Notes: generated from the sequence alone by a model not told the origin. DNA of 63,017 nucleotides, filler included, from Thraustochytrium aureum (GCA_012862495.1; 4 parts of 3 records of this genome joined end to end with filler, not necessarily neighbours in it), one strand, 5' to 3'; positions 21,861 through 35,000 are shown, counted from the whole stretch's first letter. Made by a program: numbers and translations.

Positions 21861-24800
21861 ATGTTCGCGCTGCGGTCGATCGCGCAGACGTTCACGGACC
21901 GAGGAACGAGTCTGCGCAACATAGGTGGCAGCGAAACCGCGGACGAGGAGGATGGCGAAAATCCGGACGCCGTGGCGGTCACCGCCTCCAAGGTGTCTGC
22001 CGTTGCAAAGGTGCGCGACGAAGAGCGGGACCTCCTGAAAAACGACGACAGTCTCCTTCTCGTGCTCGAGGACCTCAAGCGCGAGGAGCGGCGCGATCCG
22101 GGCAGCAACGTCACCGCCAACGTCGAGCTCGAGGCCAGCATCGGGCTCACTGGCTCGAACGCATCCTCCGTGTCGTCCGCAGTGAAAATGACGGCCTTCC
22201 TCTTTGAGCAGCTTCTGGGCGACCTCGACGCCCTCGCGCACAAGGGCGCGGCCCCGAAGCGGGGCGACCGCAAGGACCTTGTCGAGGAGTTTCACGCCCA
22301 CATGACCGAGGCAATCCAAGCCCTGGCCGAGACGCAAGCCACCAATTTGGGCCGAGAATTCGGGTCAGCGGAGGCGGTCCTGTCCCAAGGCGCCGAGGAG
22401 TACATCGCGTCCATTCGCAAGCTCGTGAAGAAAGACGTTGAGGACACGGTCACGGTCTGGTACCGCGGGCTCAAGTACGACGCGTTCGTGCCCACGAGCC
22501 AAGGCGCCCAGGAGCACATGACGGTGGGCTCGGCCTGCTACGCGCTGACAGTCAACCCGATCGTCCGCGCCCTCGGCGCCTTGCGGGATCTCGTGGCCCC
22601 CTCGGATTCTGGCGACTACGAACGCCTCGGCGCCGGCGACGCCGAAGCCCCCGTGGGGCGGCGCGTCAAGCCGGTCCTTAAAGACCTGACTGGAATGCTC
22701 AAGCCAGGGCGTCTGACCCTTGCTTAGGCCCACCCGGGTGCGGCAAGACCAGCTTTCTAAAGGCCATCTCGGGCTCCCTGCACAAGCAGCGCGGCGTCCA
22801 GGCGCGCGTCGCTGGCGAGGTGCGATACAACTGGTTCCTCGTTGAGCAACTCAAGCGACTCTCGAACTGGTCGACGTACGTGAGCCAGGTCGACGAGCAC
22901 CTCCCGATGCTGACCGTGCGCGAGACGCTCGAGTTTGCGTGGAAGTGCCGCAAGATGGAACGTGTCAACAACCCGCAGGTGTACGAGGCCATGGTCGACC
23001 GCGTCGGCAAGGAGGCCGCGGACCGGATCGTCGCGCTGAACGAGGTCGAGGTCGACTTTGTCCTGGCCACGCTCGGCCTCAGCGCATGCGCGGACACCAT
23101 CATCGGCAATGCCACGCTCAAGGGCGTTTCTGGCGGCGAAAAGCGCCGCGTCACGCTGGGGGAAATGCTGGTCACGGGCGCCAACGTGGTCTGCCTCGAC
23201 GAGATCTCGACGGGGCTTGACAGCGCCGCCACCTTTGACATTTGCCGCTATTTGTCGGCTTGCGCGCACTTTCTGGGCCAGATGGTCGCTGTGGCCCTCC
23301 TACAGCCGCCGCCCGAGGTGATCGAGCTCTTTGACGACATCGTGCTGCTTGCGGAGGGCAACGTGATCTACCACGGGCCCCGCGAGTCCATCACCGATTA
23401 CTTTGAGCGACTCGGGTACCGCTGCCCGCCGCGCAAGGACCTGGGCGACTTTTTGCAGGAGCTCCCGACCAGCTCCGGGGCGGACTTTCTCATGTCCGAG
23501 GCAGAGCGCGAAAAGGCGATGGCGCCGAAGCGCCCTCCGCGCACCGCAGACGAGTTTGGCCTCGCCTGGAAGCAGTCCGACGAGGGCCGCAGGATGAACG
23601 AGGAGGTCGTCGCCGAGGCGCAGCGCCAGTTTGAGAAAGAGGAACGCATGGCTACGGACCCCAACCCGCTCCACAAGCTAACGTGGGACAACATGCCCGT
23701 GAACGCGACGTGGACAGAATTGCGCGTCGTTCTCGCCTGGTCTTGGAACCTCAAGATGAGCAACAAGGCGGAGATCATCGCGCGCGTGTTCCAGAACGTC
23801 TTCATGGGCCTCATCTTCGGCTCGCTGTTCTGGCAGATTGGCGAGGATGAGTGGTACCTGAAAGCGATGCTGTTCAGCCAGATGCCTTCTTTCATGCAGG
23901 CCGGAGGGATCGGGTCCGTCCCGCGCCTCGTGCAGGAACGCAAGATCATGTACAAGCACACTGCGGCAAAGTTTTACCAACCGTGGTCCTTTGTGCTCAG
24001 CCAGTTTCTTGTCCAGCTCCCGTTCACCGTCTTCGACGCCATGGTGTTCGGCAACCTGCTGTACTGGATGTGCGGCCTCGTACCCAACACAGGGCGCTAC
24101 TTGATGTTTGTACTGCTCGCGATCCTCTTCGGGCTCTGCGTGAACCAGATGATGCGCATTTTCGCATACAGTGTGCGCAACGAGTCCGCCGCGCTTGTCT
24201 GCGCCGTGCTCTCGTACCTCCTCTTCATCATCTTCTCCGGCCAGCTCGCCACGCCCGGAGTCATCCCGGGCTACCTCAAGTGGCTCTTCTGGATCAACCC
24301 GCTGGCCTGGGTGTACCGCGCGATGGCGATCAACGAGTTCAAGGACCCCGACCACTACGGCGAGCCGGGCTCGTTCTGCTCGGTCAAGGACGCGAGCGGC
24401 CACAAGCAGACCGTGCCGTTCCGCTGCGGCGACTTTTACTTGCGCAACCGCCAGTTTGAGACCGACGAGGCGTACGTCATGTACGCGGTCTACGTTCTCC
24501 TGGCTTACACGGTCGTGTTTCTGCTCGTCACCGTCCTCGTCGTTGCGCGCGTGCGCTTCGACCGAGACTACACGGACTCGGAGGCGGAAGCCGCCGCCGA
24601 GCAGACCGCCGACGCTGATGCGAGCCAGGGCGCCAGCGACGCCTCCGCAGTGGTCGATATGGCTGGCCAGCGCGCGGCGCGGGGTGGCTTCGCTCGCACC
24701 GAATCGCTCGCCGTTAGCCTGAAAACGCTCGTGTTCAGCGACCTCTGGTACACAATCAAGCTTCCCGGGGCCGGGAGCGAGGCCGACAGCAACACCGTCG

Positions 24801-26852
24801 ACCTGCTCAAAGGCGTGTCCGGCTGGGCAGTTCCGGGCCGGATGACCGCGCTCATGGGGAGCTCGGGCGCAGGGAAAACCACGCTCCTGGACGTTCTCGC
24901 AGACCGCAAAACCACTGGCGCGGTGACCGGCCACATTCTTGTCAACAGCGCGCCCCCCGACCCGGCCACGTTTCGCAAGATTGTCGGCTACGTGGAGCAA
25001 TTTGGCGTCCACGCCAACCAGGCAACGGTGCTCGAGTCGCTGCTGTTCAGCGCCTCGCTGCGTCTCCCACCCCGAGCCCAACACAAGGTGAACGACTTTG
25101 TACGGGAGACCATGGCGCTTCTCGAGCTCGACACGATCGCAGAGGAACTCACCAAGAGCTTGTCGGTGGAGGAGAACAAGCGGCTCACGATCGCGGTCGA
25201 GCTCGTGGCCAACCCGAGCATCCTCTTTGCGGACGAGCCCACGAGCGGGCTGGATGCGCGGGCCGCCGCGATCGTGATGCGCAGCATCCAGAACGTGGCG
25301 CGCTCAGGGCGCACGGTGATATGCACGATCCACCAACCCAGCATCGCGGTGTTTTCCATGTTTGACGACCTGCTGCTCATGCGGCGCGGTGGCTCGGTGG
25401 TGTTTTTCGGCGAGCTCGGCGAGAATTCGCAAAACCTCATCAAGTACTTTGAGGCCATCCCCGGCACGCAGCCCTGCCCAGTCGGCTACAACCCGGCCAC
25501 CTGGATGCTCGAAGTGATCGGCGCGGGCACGTCCAGCGCCAAGGCGGGGGACGCCGTCGACTACGCCGCCGTGTACCGCAAAAGCAAGTTGTGCCAGCTC
25601 AACCGCGACCGCCTTCGCAACGAGTTTCTCGCGCCGGAGAGCCGCGACACGCCCCTTGCCGCTGCCTCGTACCTTGGCAGCGCGCAGGCGCTCGGGCGCG
25701 GGTCCGGATCGCAACACAACCTCTTTTCGCCCTTGCTGGGGAGCGGGCAAGGGCAAGAGCAGGGTCTCGTCGCGCTGGCCTCGGCCGGGGGCGAGCTTGG
25801 CCTGCAGTCGCTCGAGACCCCAGTGCGGCGGCGCATCCTGCACCAGCAGAGCAAGCGCCTGCGCAGTGAGGCGCCAGGCAAGGCCGCAGCGGCAACGGCG
25901 CCGTTCTCCAAGCAGCTCTGGATGCTGCTCGATCGCAGTCGCCGCACGTACTGGCGGTCGCCCGAGTTTTTCGCTGAGCCGTCTGCTCGTTATCATGCTT
26001 GTGGGAATCATCATCACGCTCACCTTTTGGCAGCAAGAATACTCGACCGCGGCGGACACGCAGTCCCGCGTCTCCTCCGTCTCGTTCATGGTGTTCCTCG
26101 CTGGGGCCTACAATCTGTACACGATCATGCCCTTCACGATCGAGAAGCGCGCCCTGTTTTACCGCGAGACGTCGAGCGGGATGTATTCCGCGTTGGCAGC
26201 CGTGGCGAGCGATGGGTTGGTGGAGATTCCCTACCTCTTGGCCGAGACGTTTATTGGCGTCAACATCGTGTACTGGGGGTGGGATTCAACGACGCGTTTG
26301 GGGCGTACATGTACTACTCGGTCATGTTCTTCCTGTATCTCACGCTGATGAGCTTTTTGGGCGCGTTTTTTGCGGCCCTCATGCCCGACCAGCTCTCCGC
26401 GCAGCTCATAGCGAGCGTGCTCGTGCAGATCTTCCAGCTCTTTGCGGGCGTCATCGTGCCCTACACCAAGCTCCCTGTCTACTACAAGTGGCTCTTTTAC
26501 TTTAGCCCTCAGCAATGGTGCCAGGCTGGGCTCATTACGACGCAGTTCCACATGGACGAGACGCGCATCTGCGACCCGTTTGGCAAGATTGTTGAGCACG
26601 CTCCGGGGCACATGGCCGGCAAGGTCTGTTCTGCGGACGGCCGCTTTCACCCTTGGCCCGGACGGCAATCCGCTCCTCACAGGCGTTGTCAAGACCGCGG
26701 AGGAGTACGTGTTTAACGCCAAGGGGGCCTTCCTCGACGGATACAAGTTTGAGGACCGCTTCTACGACGTCCTCGTCGTGTCCGCCTGGATCGTGGGCAT
26801 CCGCATTGCGACCTCGCTCACCGTTCTCTTCGTCGACCACAACAAGCGCTGA
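21861..26852 (+). CDS. Full-size ABCG (PDR-type) transporter, NBD-TMD-NBD-TMD, about 4 frameshifts
   Basis: NBD1: Walker A LGPPGCGKTS (after the shift near 22722), signature GVSGGEKRRVT, Walker B CLDEISTGLDS. NBD2: LMGSSGAGKTTLLDVLA, LSVEENKRLTIAVELVANPSILFADEPTSGLD, CTIHQP, NPATWMLEV. Two TM bundles. Further shifts near 25970, 26278 and 26646. Stop TGA ends at 26852. Confidence 0.93.
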
Positions 26853-27569
26853 GGTGGAGCCCCGCCCGAAGTCAGCAATAATGTCGTAACCCGCAGGGGC
26901 GACGGCTCCGCTGCCACCAAAGTAAGTACCNNNNNNNNNNNNNNNNNNNNNNNNNNNNNNNNNNNNNNNNNNNNNNNNNNNNNNNNNNNNNNNNNNNNNN
27001 NNNNNNNNNNNNNNNNNNNNNNNNNNNNNNNNNNNNNNNNNNNNNNNNNNNNNNNNNNNNNNNNNNNNNNNNNNNNNNNNNNNNNNNNNNNNNNNNNNNN
27101 NNNNNNNNNNNNNNNNNNNNNNNNNNNNNNNNNNNNNNNNNNNNNNNNNNNNNNNNNNNNNNNNNNNNNNNNNNNNNNNNNNNNNNNNNNNNNNNNNNNN
27201 NNNNNNNNNNNNNNNNNNNNNNNNNNNNNNNNNNNNNNNNNNNNNNNNNNNNNNNNNNNNNNNNNNNNNNNNNNNNNNNNNNNNNNNNNNNNNNNNNNNN
27301 NNNNNNNNNNNNNNNNNNNNNNNNNNNNNNNNNNNNNNNNNNNNNNNNNNNNNNNNNNNNNNNNNNNNNNNNNNNNNNNNNNNNNNNNNNNNNNNNNNNN
27401 NNNNNNNNNNNNNNNNNNNNNNNNNNNNNNNNNNNNNNNNNNNNNNNNNNNNNNNNNNNNNNNNNNNNNNNNNNNNNNNNNNNNNNNNNNNNNNNNNNNN
27501 NNNNNNNNNNNNNNNNNNNNNNNNNNNNNNNNNNNNNNNNNNNNNNNNNNNNNNNNNNNNNNNNNNNNN

Positions 27570-28305
27570 ACTCGACGGGGGCGCTGCTCTGGGGAGGAGC
27601 GTCTCGAGGGCTGCCTTGGCGACGAGAGCTGGCGCCGCCGCGGGCACCGGAGCGTTCCCAGGGGAAAGATGATGTCGTCGAAGGCGCGCTGCTGTTCTGC
27701 TTGCTCTCGGACTCCCACGAGTAGGACGAGTCTCCACCAGCATTTGAGGCGACCGCGGGTTTTGGCGGAGCAGCCCGGCTCGGCTCGGTTTCCGCCCCAT
27801 AGTTGTAAAACGTGGCCGGCGCCTGGGCCTGCAGGTTGTCGAACGAGTAACCTTCACGGCCAAAGTCGCGACTCCGCGGTGGCCGCCGTGGCGCCCCTGC
27901 TTGAACAGCCTCTTCCATGTCCACTTCGCGGCCGCTTCGGCGCGACGGGCCCAGGGGGCTGGTCCCGTCGCTCGCCACGCTCCGGCCGCTTGGTGCGCGC
28001 GGCCGGCCGTGGCGGTCAAGCGTGTAGTCGCCCAGGAATGGGTCGTTGATGGCAGCGTCCATGTCGCCGTAGGGCGCCACGTGGTCGGCTGGGGGAAACA
28101 ATTGCCCTGGAGGGGGGAACATTTGCCCTGGCATCGACTGGTGCTTGGGGAGAGGTGGCGGCGGCAAGGGCGGCCCTTCGTCCGCCGGACCCATGTCTTG
28201 CCAACCGCGTTCTAGTGTCTTGAACTTGGGCGGTTTCGGCGGGGGCTTGGGCGGGCCGGCCGACTGCCTGCCCTTCCCGAACACCTTCCTCGACACCCGC
28301 TTCAT
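27570..28305 (-). CDS. Proline/serine-rich disordered protein, N-terminal part (runs into gap)
   Basis: ATG 28305: MKRVSRKVFGKGRQSAGPPKPPPKPPKF...PPLPPPPLP...; open to the gap at 27569. No domain recognised. Confidence 0.6.
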
Positions 28306-30505
28306 CCCGCCAGAGGCCGCTCTTGCGGCCCAGCGCCGAGCCCCGGTCCTACGAGCGCCGGCCGGCGCCAGGCCCGAAGCTCTGCCTGAACTTGCGTTCG
28401 CGCGAGTGCGTCCGAGCAGGCAGGCACGTGTTGTTCGAAACCGCGCGAGTGCGCGACGGCGCAAGTGGGTCTTCCACACCGCCTCGCTGGGCCTCGCGCG
28501 GCTGATCGCTGCGACTCCGGCCAGCAGCTGCCTGGGCAGACTCCCTCTCCTGGGCCTTCGACGACCTTTGCGCACTGCCCGAGTGGCCTGGCCAGCATTC
28601 TGGCCAGAGAGTGTGTTCGAGTTGGGTGACGATGGAGCTCAGCATGTAGTGGAGTACTAGGACATGAATGAAAGCACGAGCGTGGGAGGGAGGGAGGTCG
28701 TGCACAAACAAACAAACCAAAACCAGTGCGTGCGCTGCTCTCCTCCTCGGCCCCCTCGGGGTGGGTGACAGACGGACAGACAGCCGGCCATGATGGTCGA
28801 TCTTGCTCCCACGGATGGCCGTGTCATCATGATGTCGCGCTCATCTAGGCCTACTGAGGTGGGCGAGGGAAGGCGGGCGTCTGCCCGCCATCGCCCCAAC
28901 AAACCATGTCGCCGAACGTTGGTGCTGCCACTCGCAGGTTGCTCGCAGCGTGCTTTTGCAGCGTGCTGTGTGCTGTGTTGCACGGTGTGGAGCGGGCTAA
29001 GCAGGTAGAGAGTTGAGCGCCTCCTACCTCCAGGCTGGCCGGATGAGGCGATTCGCTCACGTGCTGCGTGAAGGTGTGACAATCAATTGCTGATGACAAT
29101 CAATTGAGTTGGAATGCCGGGCTAGCCGGGCATACGGTTAGCTTTTGCGGTAGATCATTTGCTGTTGAGCTTGTGCTTTGCCTGTGTGAGTCGTTTTGCC
29201 GAGAAAAAGCACATAGGCTCGTTGGCCCCTTGCTCGCCAACGCCACATAACGCCACATGCACCAACGTCGAGCAGGAGCTGGCGCATGTTGGAAGAAAGT
29301 ACCTACGTGATTGCACGTGGCGTGGACGGGAAGGGGAGGGCCTTGGATCGCGCGTGCGTCGCGGATTCCACGCTGCTCACTGGCGCTTGCTGCATGCGGT
29401 TGTGCTTTGCACGGACGCATGCATGCCAAGGAAATCCTTGGCTTTGCTCGTCCTTGTCTTGGTAAGTACCCCGACGTGGACACCTCGCGGCCCCCTTTGA
29501 ATGAATGGCGGGCGGAGCAGACTCGCCAGTTCCTCGTCGCATTCGAGTAAGACGCAGCAGTAGAGTGCCGCCAGCGGGAAGTAGGTATCGATCGAAAACT
29601 TCAGGTACTACTCACACTACTTCCAAGGAGGATCTCCAGTGCTTACTCGACGGCCGTCTTCTCCTGCGCCAACCGGTATCGTCACAACTCGTTGGTCACA
29701 ACAACATGATCGCGGTTTGATCAAGATCAAGAGAACTGTGTGATGAGGCACAGCATGGAGCCAATGGATCATCAATGATGCTCGTCGCCCACAACAGCCA
29801 CTGCGGCATGGCTCGCAGAAGATCGCCGTGTGCGTTAAAAAATCTCGCCTCATCATTCGCTCTCGAGCATCNNNNNNNNNNNNNNNNNNNNNNNNNNNNN
29901 NNNNNNNNNNNNNNNNNNNNNNNNNNNNNNNNNNNNNNNNNNNNNNNNNNNNNNNNNNNNNNNNNNNNNNNNNNNNNNNNNNNNNNNNNNNNNNNNNNNN
30001 NNNNNNNNNNNNNNNNNNNNNNNNNNNNNNNNNNNNNNNNNNNNNNNNNNNNNNNNNNNNNNNNNNNNNNNNNNNNNNNNNNNNNNNNNNNNNNNNNNNN
30101 NNNNNNNNNNNNNNNNNNNNNNNNNNNNNNNNNNNNNNNNGGCTACCTCATATTCGCTCTCCGAGTCCAGCATCGGTCGTCTGCAGGGACGGCAACAAAA
30201 CGAGCTGGAGTAGACTCGCTCTCGCTGAAGCGATGAGCACGGGGTGGCGCGAGCGCGGCTCGAGAGAGAACAGCCACCTCGCGCTTATGACCGAAGGAGC
30301 GAAAAAAGGAAAAAAGAAACAAGTCTGCTTTCGGCAAACTGATGGAGGCGCGGACACGCACGAACGAGCACCGCGCCGAGCAAGAGGAAGAGGACCCAAT
30401 GGTAGCCCGTTTCCACGCAATTAGACCGAAAAAACCCTCACCCCCACTGCAGAGCAGGCGGCATCCCCAAACCGATTCTCCTCATCCCCCATCAGCTGCG
30501 CCATT

Positions 30506-31245
30506 TCAGCGACGGTACCCAGGTGGAAACCCTCCTGGAGGCGGCATGCCTGGCGGCGCCATTCCCGGCGGCAACATCCCCTGGCGGCGCCATTCCAGGA
30601 GGCGGCATCCCCGGTGGGGCCATCCCCGGCGGCATCATCCCAGGTGGAGCCATGCCAGGCGGCATCATCCCGGGAGGCATCATCCCTGGAGGTGGCATGC
30701 CGCGTCCTCCATACTGCACAGGCTGCGCTTGCGCAGCCACCTGCGCAGGGTTCATCGCGCCAGGCGGGGGCATACCCATCGGGACTCCAAATGCGGGTGG
30801 GGCCATACCACGGCCTGCGGCGACGGCTCGGCCTGGGCCCGCCTCCATTGGCCGCTTGGCCTCTTGCTGTGGCGGGGCCTCCACCTGGATCGACACCACA
30901 TTCTCGCCGCGGACCAGTACAAGGCCGAGCGTGCGTTTCTCCTCCCGCTCCTCGATCATCTTGGACCCGCGCTTCTTCTTGACCTTGCGAAACTCCTCGC
31001 AGTCTCCGAGGACGAGGTTCATGTGCTTGTCGAACGCCATGAACGTGCCTACCAACTGCCTACCATCGTGCCCGATCGTCACTCGCATGCGCCAGTTTAC
31101 GTAGGCCAGCATCTTGGACGACTTGTTCATCGACTGCGCCGGCCCCCCGTCCGTCAGCCCCCAGCTCAGCTGCTCGTCCCCTGCGTAGCTGGTCCACCCA
31201 CGCCGCCCTGCCGCAAACACAAACGCAAACGCAAAAACTCACCAT
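30506..31245 (-). CDS. SNRPB: Small nuclear ribonucleoprotein SmB/B'
   Basis: Sm1/Sm2 motifs [27 protein letters not shown] and [17 protein letters not shown]-repeat tail. Exon 1 codes only ATG (31243-31245), intron 31134-31242. An extra G near 30580 shifts the tail; the corrected end is ...[11 protein letters not shown] (30506). Confidence 0.95.
31134..31242 (-). other. Spliceosomal intron (109 nt) directly after the SmB start codon
   Basis: ATG|GTGAGT donor, CTGAC branch point (31153-31157), GCAG| acceptor. Splicing gives [10 protein letters not shown]. Confidence 0.8.
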
Positions 31246-31830
31246 CGTGACAGCTGCGCGCAGCCGCCGCCGCAAAGAGCAACGCCTTCGGCCCGGACGC
31301 CTGTGCCTCCGCCCACGCCGCCGCCGCCGCCGCTGCTGCTGCTGCTGCTGCTGCGCTCGCGGGATGCGGCAATGGCTGCTTGCTCGCTCGCTGATCAATC
31401 AATCGAAGCAGAACAGCTGTCGCTGGAGAACAATCGCACGCTCGCTGCGGATGCAACGATTCCGAATTCCGATTCAGGCGCTCGTGCGCGGACCCGTTTC
31501 GGACGCGGATGTCCCCGCATTGGCAATCGAGGCGAGGGGCGCGATCGACAGGCGTCAGGGCGATTGGCTGCTGTTATTTGATACGTACGCGCGCTCGACA
31601 GACCGATCGGCCAAGCCCAGTTGCAGAACAGGCGACTCTCGTCGGTGATCGAACGCCGCTCGCAGAAGCCTGCTGCCGGCCCACGTCATCGGCCAACCCA
31701 TCGCCTCATGCGTGCTCATCCTCTAGAGGGCGTAGAGGAAGCCGCCAGCCCCGCTTCCGCGCGCTTGCGACATCCTGGCTGTCAGGTGGGCTGACACGCG
31801 AGCGTGGACGTGAGCGCTTTGGCAGGACGG

Positions 31831-34691
31831 TCAGGCCCACGCGTAGGGAGAGTGCGCGAGGCGGAAGGGCCGCCTACCAGCCAGCTCAATGCGAGGGACC
31901 GCAGCGCGCGCCCTGGCCACCGCCGCAGGGCCCCCAGCCTCGCGCAAGTCGACTAGCAGCTTGAATTCGCTCGAGATGAGCTTGAGCGGCTGCCGCGGCC
32001 TGCGGTGCCAAGCGCCGTCGCGCCCAGTGCCACCCGGCGGGAGCACACGAGCCGGTGGGCGCAACCACAGCGAGAGCGAGTCACCCAGAAAAACGTGCAA
32101 GTCCGTGAGGTCGACCTCGTAGTGAGCGAAGGCCGTGGAAAACTCTGGCCGCGAAATGCGAGCCTCGTCGCAAGTGCCCTGGATCTCATGGTGGTCCGAC
32201 CCGTTCTTCGTCACACGCCAGTCCGCGCCAGCCGTTCGGTCGTGGTACTTGGTGTGGTCGCTCAACACGCGCCCGTCGAGGGCCTCCACGCGGACGTTCC
32301 ACCGAAGCACAAGTCGGCCCGACCGACTCCCTGCGTGCACGTACAGGTCGTGTACGAGGGTAAACGGGTTGGCCACGTCGCGGCTCGCGACGCGGAGCAG
32401 GATCTCCGTAGGCCACTCGCGCGCGTGCACCACAGCTACTTGGGCGTCGTCGATCGAGCCACCGCCCGCCGCGGGTTGCCCTGTAGACCCTTCCGCTAGC
32501 CGCTCGCTCACGGTGGCGGCTCTGAGGGCCTCGGCAGCAGCGTGCCCGTATACGGCGGCAGATACACTTGCATTCTGAAGGAATGCGCCACTAAGCTCTC
32601 GGCTCAGCGGCACCGAGTGGCCCTGCTCCAAGTTGCCAACCTCCACAACCAACCTGTCCCCTGCGCGCCACCCAGGCGACCTGACCGAGTATTGCTGCCA
32701 CGATTTGATGCGGTCGGCGCGATCTCCTGAGGTAACTCGCGCGGCGCATTCGCTGGGCGACCCGGCGACGACAACCTCGACCTTGGGCTCCGCCAGAGCC
32801 GCTTCGCGCCGCTCTCGAATGATGCGCCATGAAAAGCTCGGTTGGTCTGCCACTCGACCACAAGGTCTGCTCCGCTGTCGAGCGAGGCAAGCCGGTCCGC
32901 CTCCGCCTCGACGGCCGAGCGGTCGAGAAAGTTTATCACCGGCGGCAGCCGCACCTGAAGGGCCACCATGGCGTCCTTTTGGGTTGTCGCGGCGAACTCG
33001 GAGGCCAGTAGGTCCAGCATGGCTCTGCGCTTTGGGTCCTCGAAGAGCACAATGCGTTGCGGTGCGCTGGCCGAACCTGAGCCAAGCTCGCCTCCTCTTC
33101 CGTCGCGCCAGGCGGCGGGTGCCGCGGCGTTAGCTTCCAGAGCAGCAAACAGCTTGCGCGTGCACTTGACGGAGAACTCGAGGTGCGCAGTATCGCCCAG
33201 GCTCGTCAGCGACGGGTGTCGGGCAACCGCATCGGCCAGTGCTTGAGCGCCAGCCTCCTCCTCGCGGCCCACTCCGAAGAACCGGTTGCGGGTGAGGTCG
33301 AGCTCTACTACGTTGGCGCGCGTTTTGCCGAGAGCCGCGCCAAGCTGGCCTGCGCACGCGTCGGTCAGGTCGTTGCTCGAGAGGTTGATGCTCGTAAGCG
33401 TTTCGCTCGACGCGATCGCTCTAGAGATCCAGGTGCACCCCGCTGGCCCGATCGCATTCATGCGCAGCACGAGCCGCCTCAACAACTGAAAGTGCGCGCG
33501 GATCGCGCCGGCCCCGTGGCCCGCGTCGAGGCTTGCCGAGCCCGCCCGCCCGTCAGCCTTGGCTCCGTTGCCCAGCTCTGTGTTCGCCTTGACGATGGCC
33601 TTGCATATGACCGTGGCGCCAGCAGACCCAATGAAGGCCATGCTCAGGTCCAGCTCGCAAAGACAAGCCGTAGCGAGCCCGCTTGCCGCAACCGCGTTGA
33701 TAGAGGCTTTGCTCAGCGCCGACTGGACGAGTCCGAGCGAGGTGACGTAGGGGTTGCTGCCCAGCAAGCTCGTCACAAACACCGCTTGGTTGCCGCGCTT
33801 TGTCAGCGAGGACCGGTCCCTCTTCGCGTCCCCAATGGTGATGCGGATCCCTACGAGGTTTTCGCGGCCCTGGCTCAACAGGCCTCCGAGCGTCTTGCCA
33901 GCCTCCGGTTCGTCATAGAAAGGGTTGCGACTCAGGTCGATGCGCTTCAAGGTTCTGCTGCGAGCCGCGGCACTGCACAGCGTTTGCGCCGCAGTCAGGT
34001 CAGCCGGTTGTCGCTCACGTCTACCGACTCGAGTGCAATGCTACGATGGACCAAGATGGCCGCGAGCAGCGTCGCAGCCCCTTGCCCAAGGTTGTTGCGT
34101 GACAGCAATAGTTCGCGGACGTTGGGCGCATGCACAAGGGCCGCGCCGAGCTTTTGTAGGCCGTCTTCATTGATGCCTTGGTCCACCAGGTTGATGCTAG
34201 TTAGCGCGGCAAACGTGGCTGGGTTTGAGAGGTCTGTGGTCACGACTTGCGGGCGCTCCACCAGCACCTCGCCGTCTTGCTCGCTCCCAATCGACTCCTC
34301 CTCCTCCCCCTCCTCTTCTTCGTCGTCGAAGGCGTTTGAGGGTCGGTGGGGCAGTCCTGCTTTCTGTCGCGGCGCTTCGAGGTCGAGGCCCACCCGAGGG
34401 GCTTCAACCTCGTCAGTCGCAGGGAGGGCGCCGCGGCTGCCTGGGTTTCGCGCGTTCTTTCGCGAGCGCCCGCTGCTGGCTGGTCACCGTGCTCCGCAGC
34501 ACCTCGAGCTCTTTTTCCTTCTCAAGTAGCTGCAGCTCCATGAGCTTGCGCTCCTTCTCCACGAGCGCTTGCACATTCTCCAGAATATCCGCTTCCTCGT
34601 CTTGGCCGCTCCTTGCCGCGCGCGTCCCAGCGCCGCTGGGACTTTGGCGTGGGAACTGTCCTCGCCGTGCTTTCGCCACTCGCGCCCTCAT
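31831..34691 (-). CDS. Coiled-coil + RNI-like leucine-rich repeat protein (multiple frameshifts; start uncertain)
   Basis: Consecutive minus-strand ORFs 34413..34841, 33995..34393, 32604..33950 and 31831..32853. RNI-type repeats (LTSINLVDQGINEDGLQKLGAAL, ELLLSRNNLG, ELDLSMAFIGSAGA, LVLRMNAIGPAG, INLSSNDLTD). E/K/L coiled coil and acidic stretch at the N-terminus. Confidence 0.7.
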
Positions 34692-34916
34692 CGCGCGGAA
34701 GCTGCCCAAGCAGCGCAGCAGCTCAGTAGAAACGCGGCGAGCGACCGGCCAGCAGCCGCACAGCCCAAGGCCACGCAGCACTCGCTCCAACGCAGCGTCA
34801 GGTGCACCAAGCAGCACAGACAAGCAGGCACGCAGCGCCACCAGGGCTGATGTGAGCAGCAGCCGCGGCAGCGCCTATCTCGGCCCTGCACTGGCCAACG
34901 CCCAGCCACCACGGGC

Positions 34917-35000
34917 AGCAACAAGCAAAACCAGCACGCCGAGCAAGCCGAGCACGCCAGCAAGCAAAACCAGCACGCCGAGCAAGCCAAGCACGCCAGC
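34917..35000. repeat. Imperfect tandem duplication of about 40 bp (AGCAAAACCAGCACGCCGAGCAAGCC core)
   Basis: CAAGCAAAACCAGCACGCCGAGCAAGCC(G/A)AGCACGCCAG occurs twice. Confidence 0.8.

Noticed and set aside
25150..25200. Degenerate ABC signature (LSVEENKR) in NBD2 as a novelty
   Set aside because: Asymmetric, degenerate NBD2 signatures are normal for PDR-type ABCG transporters.
22699..26746. Minus-strand ORFs overlapping the ABCG gene
   Set aside because: Antisense shadows caused by GC3 bias.
28650..30480. Lower-GC region as a mobile element or ncRNA
   Set aside because: No terminal repeats, target-site duplications, coding motifs or recognisable RNA-gene boxes.
30492..30580. Novel SmB C-terminus ([11 protein letters not shown]...)
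   Set aside because: Removing one G from a G run restores the PPGM repeats; it is a frameshift artefact.
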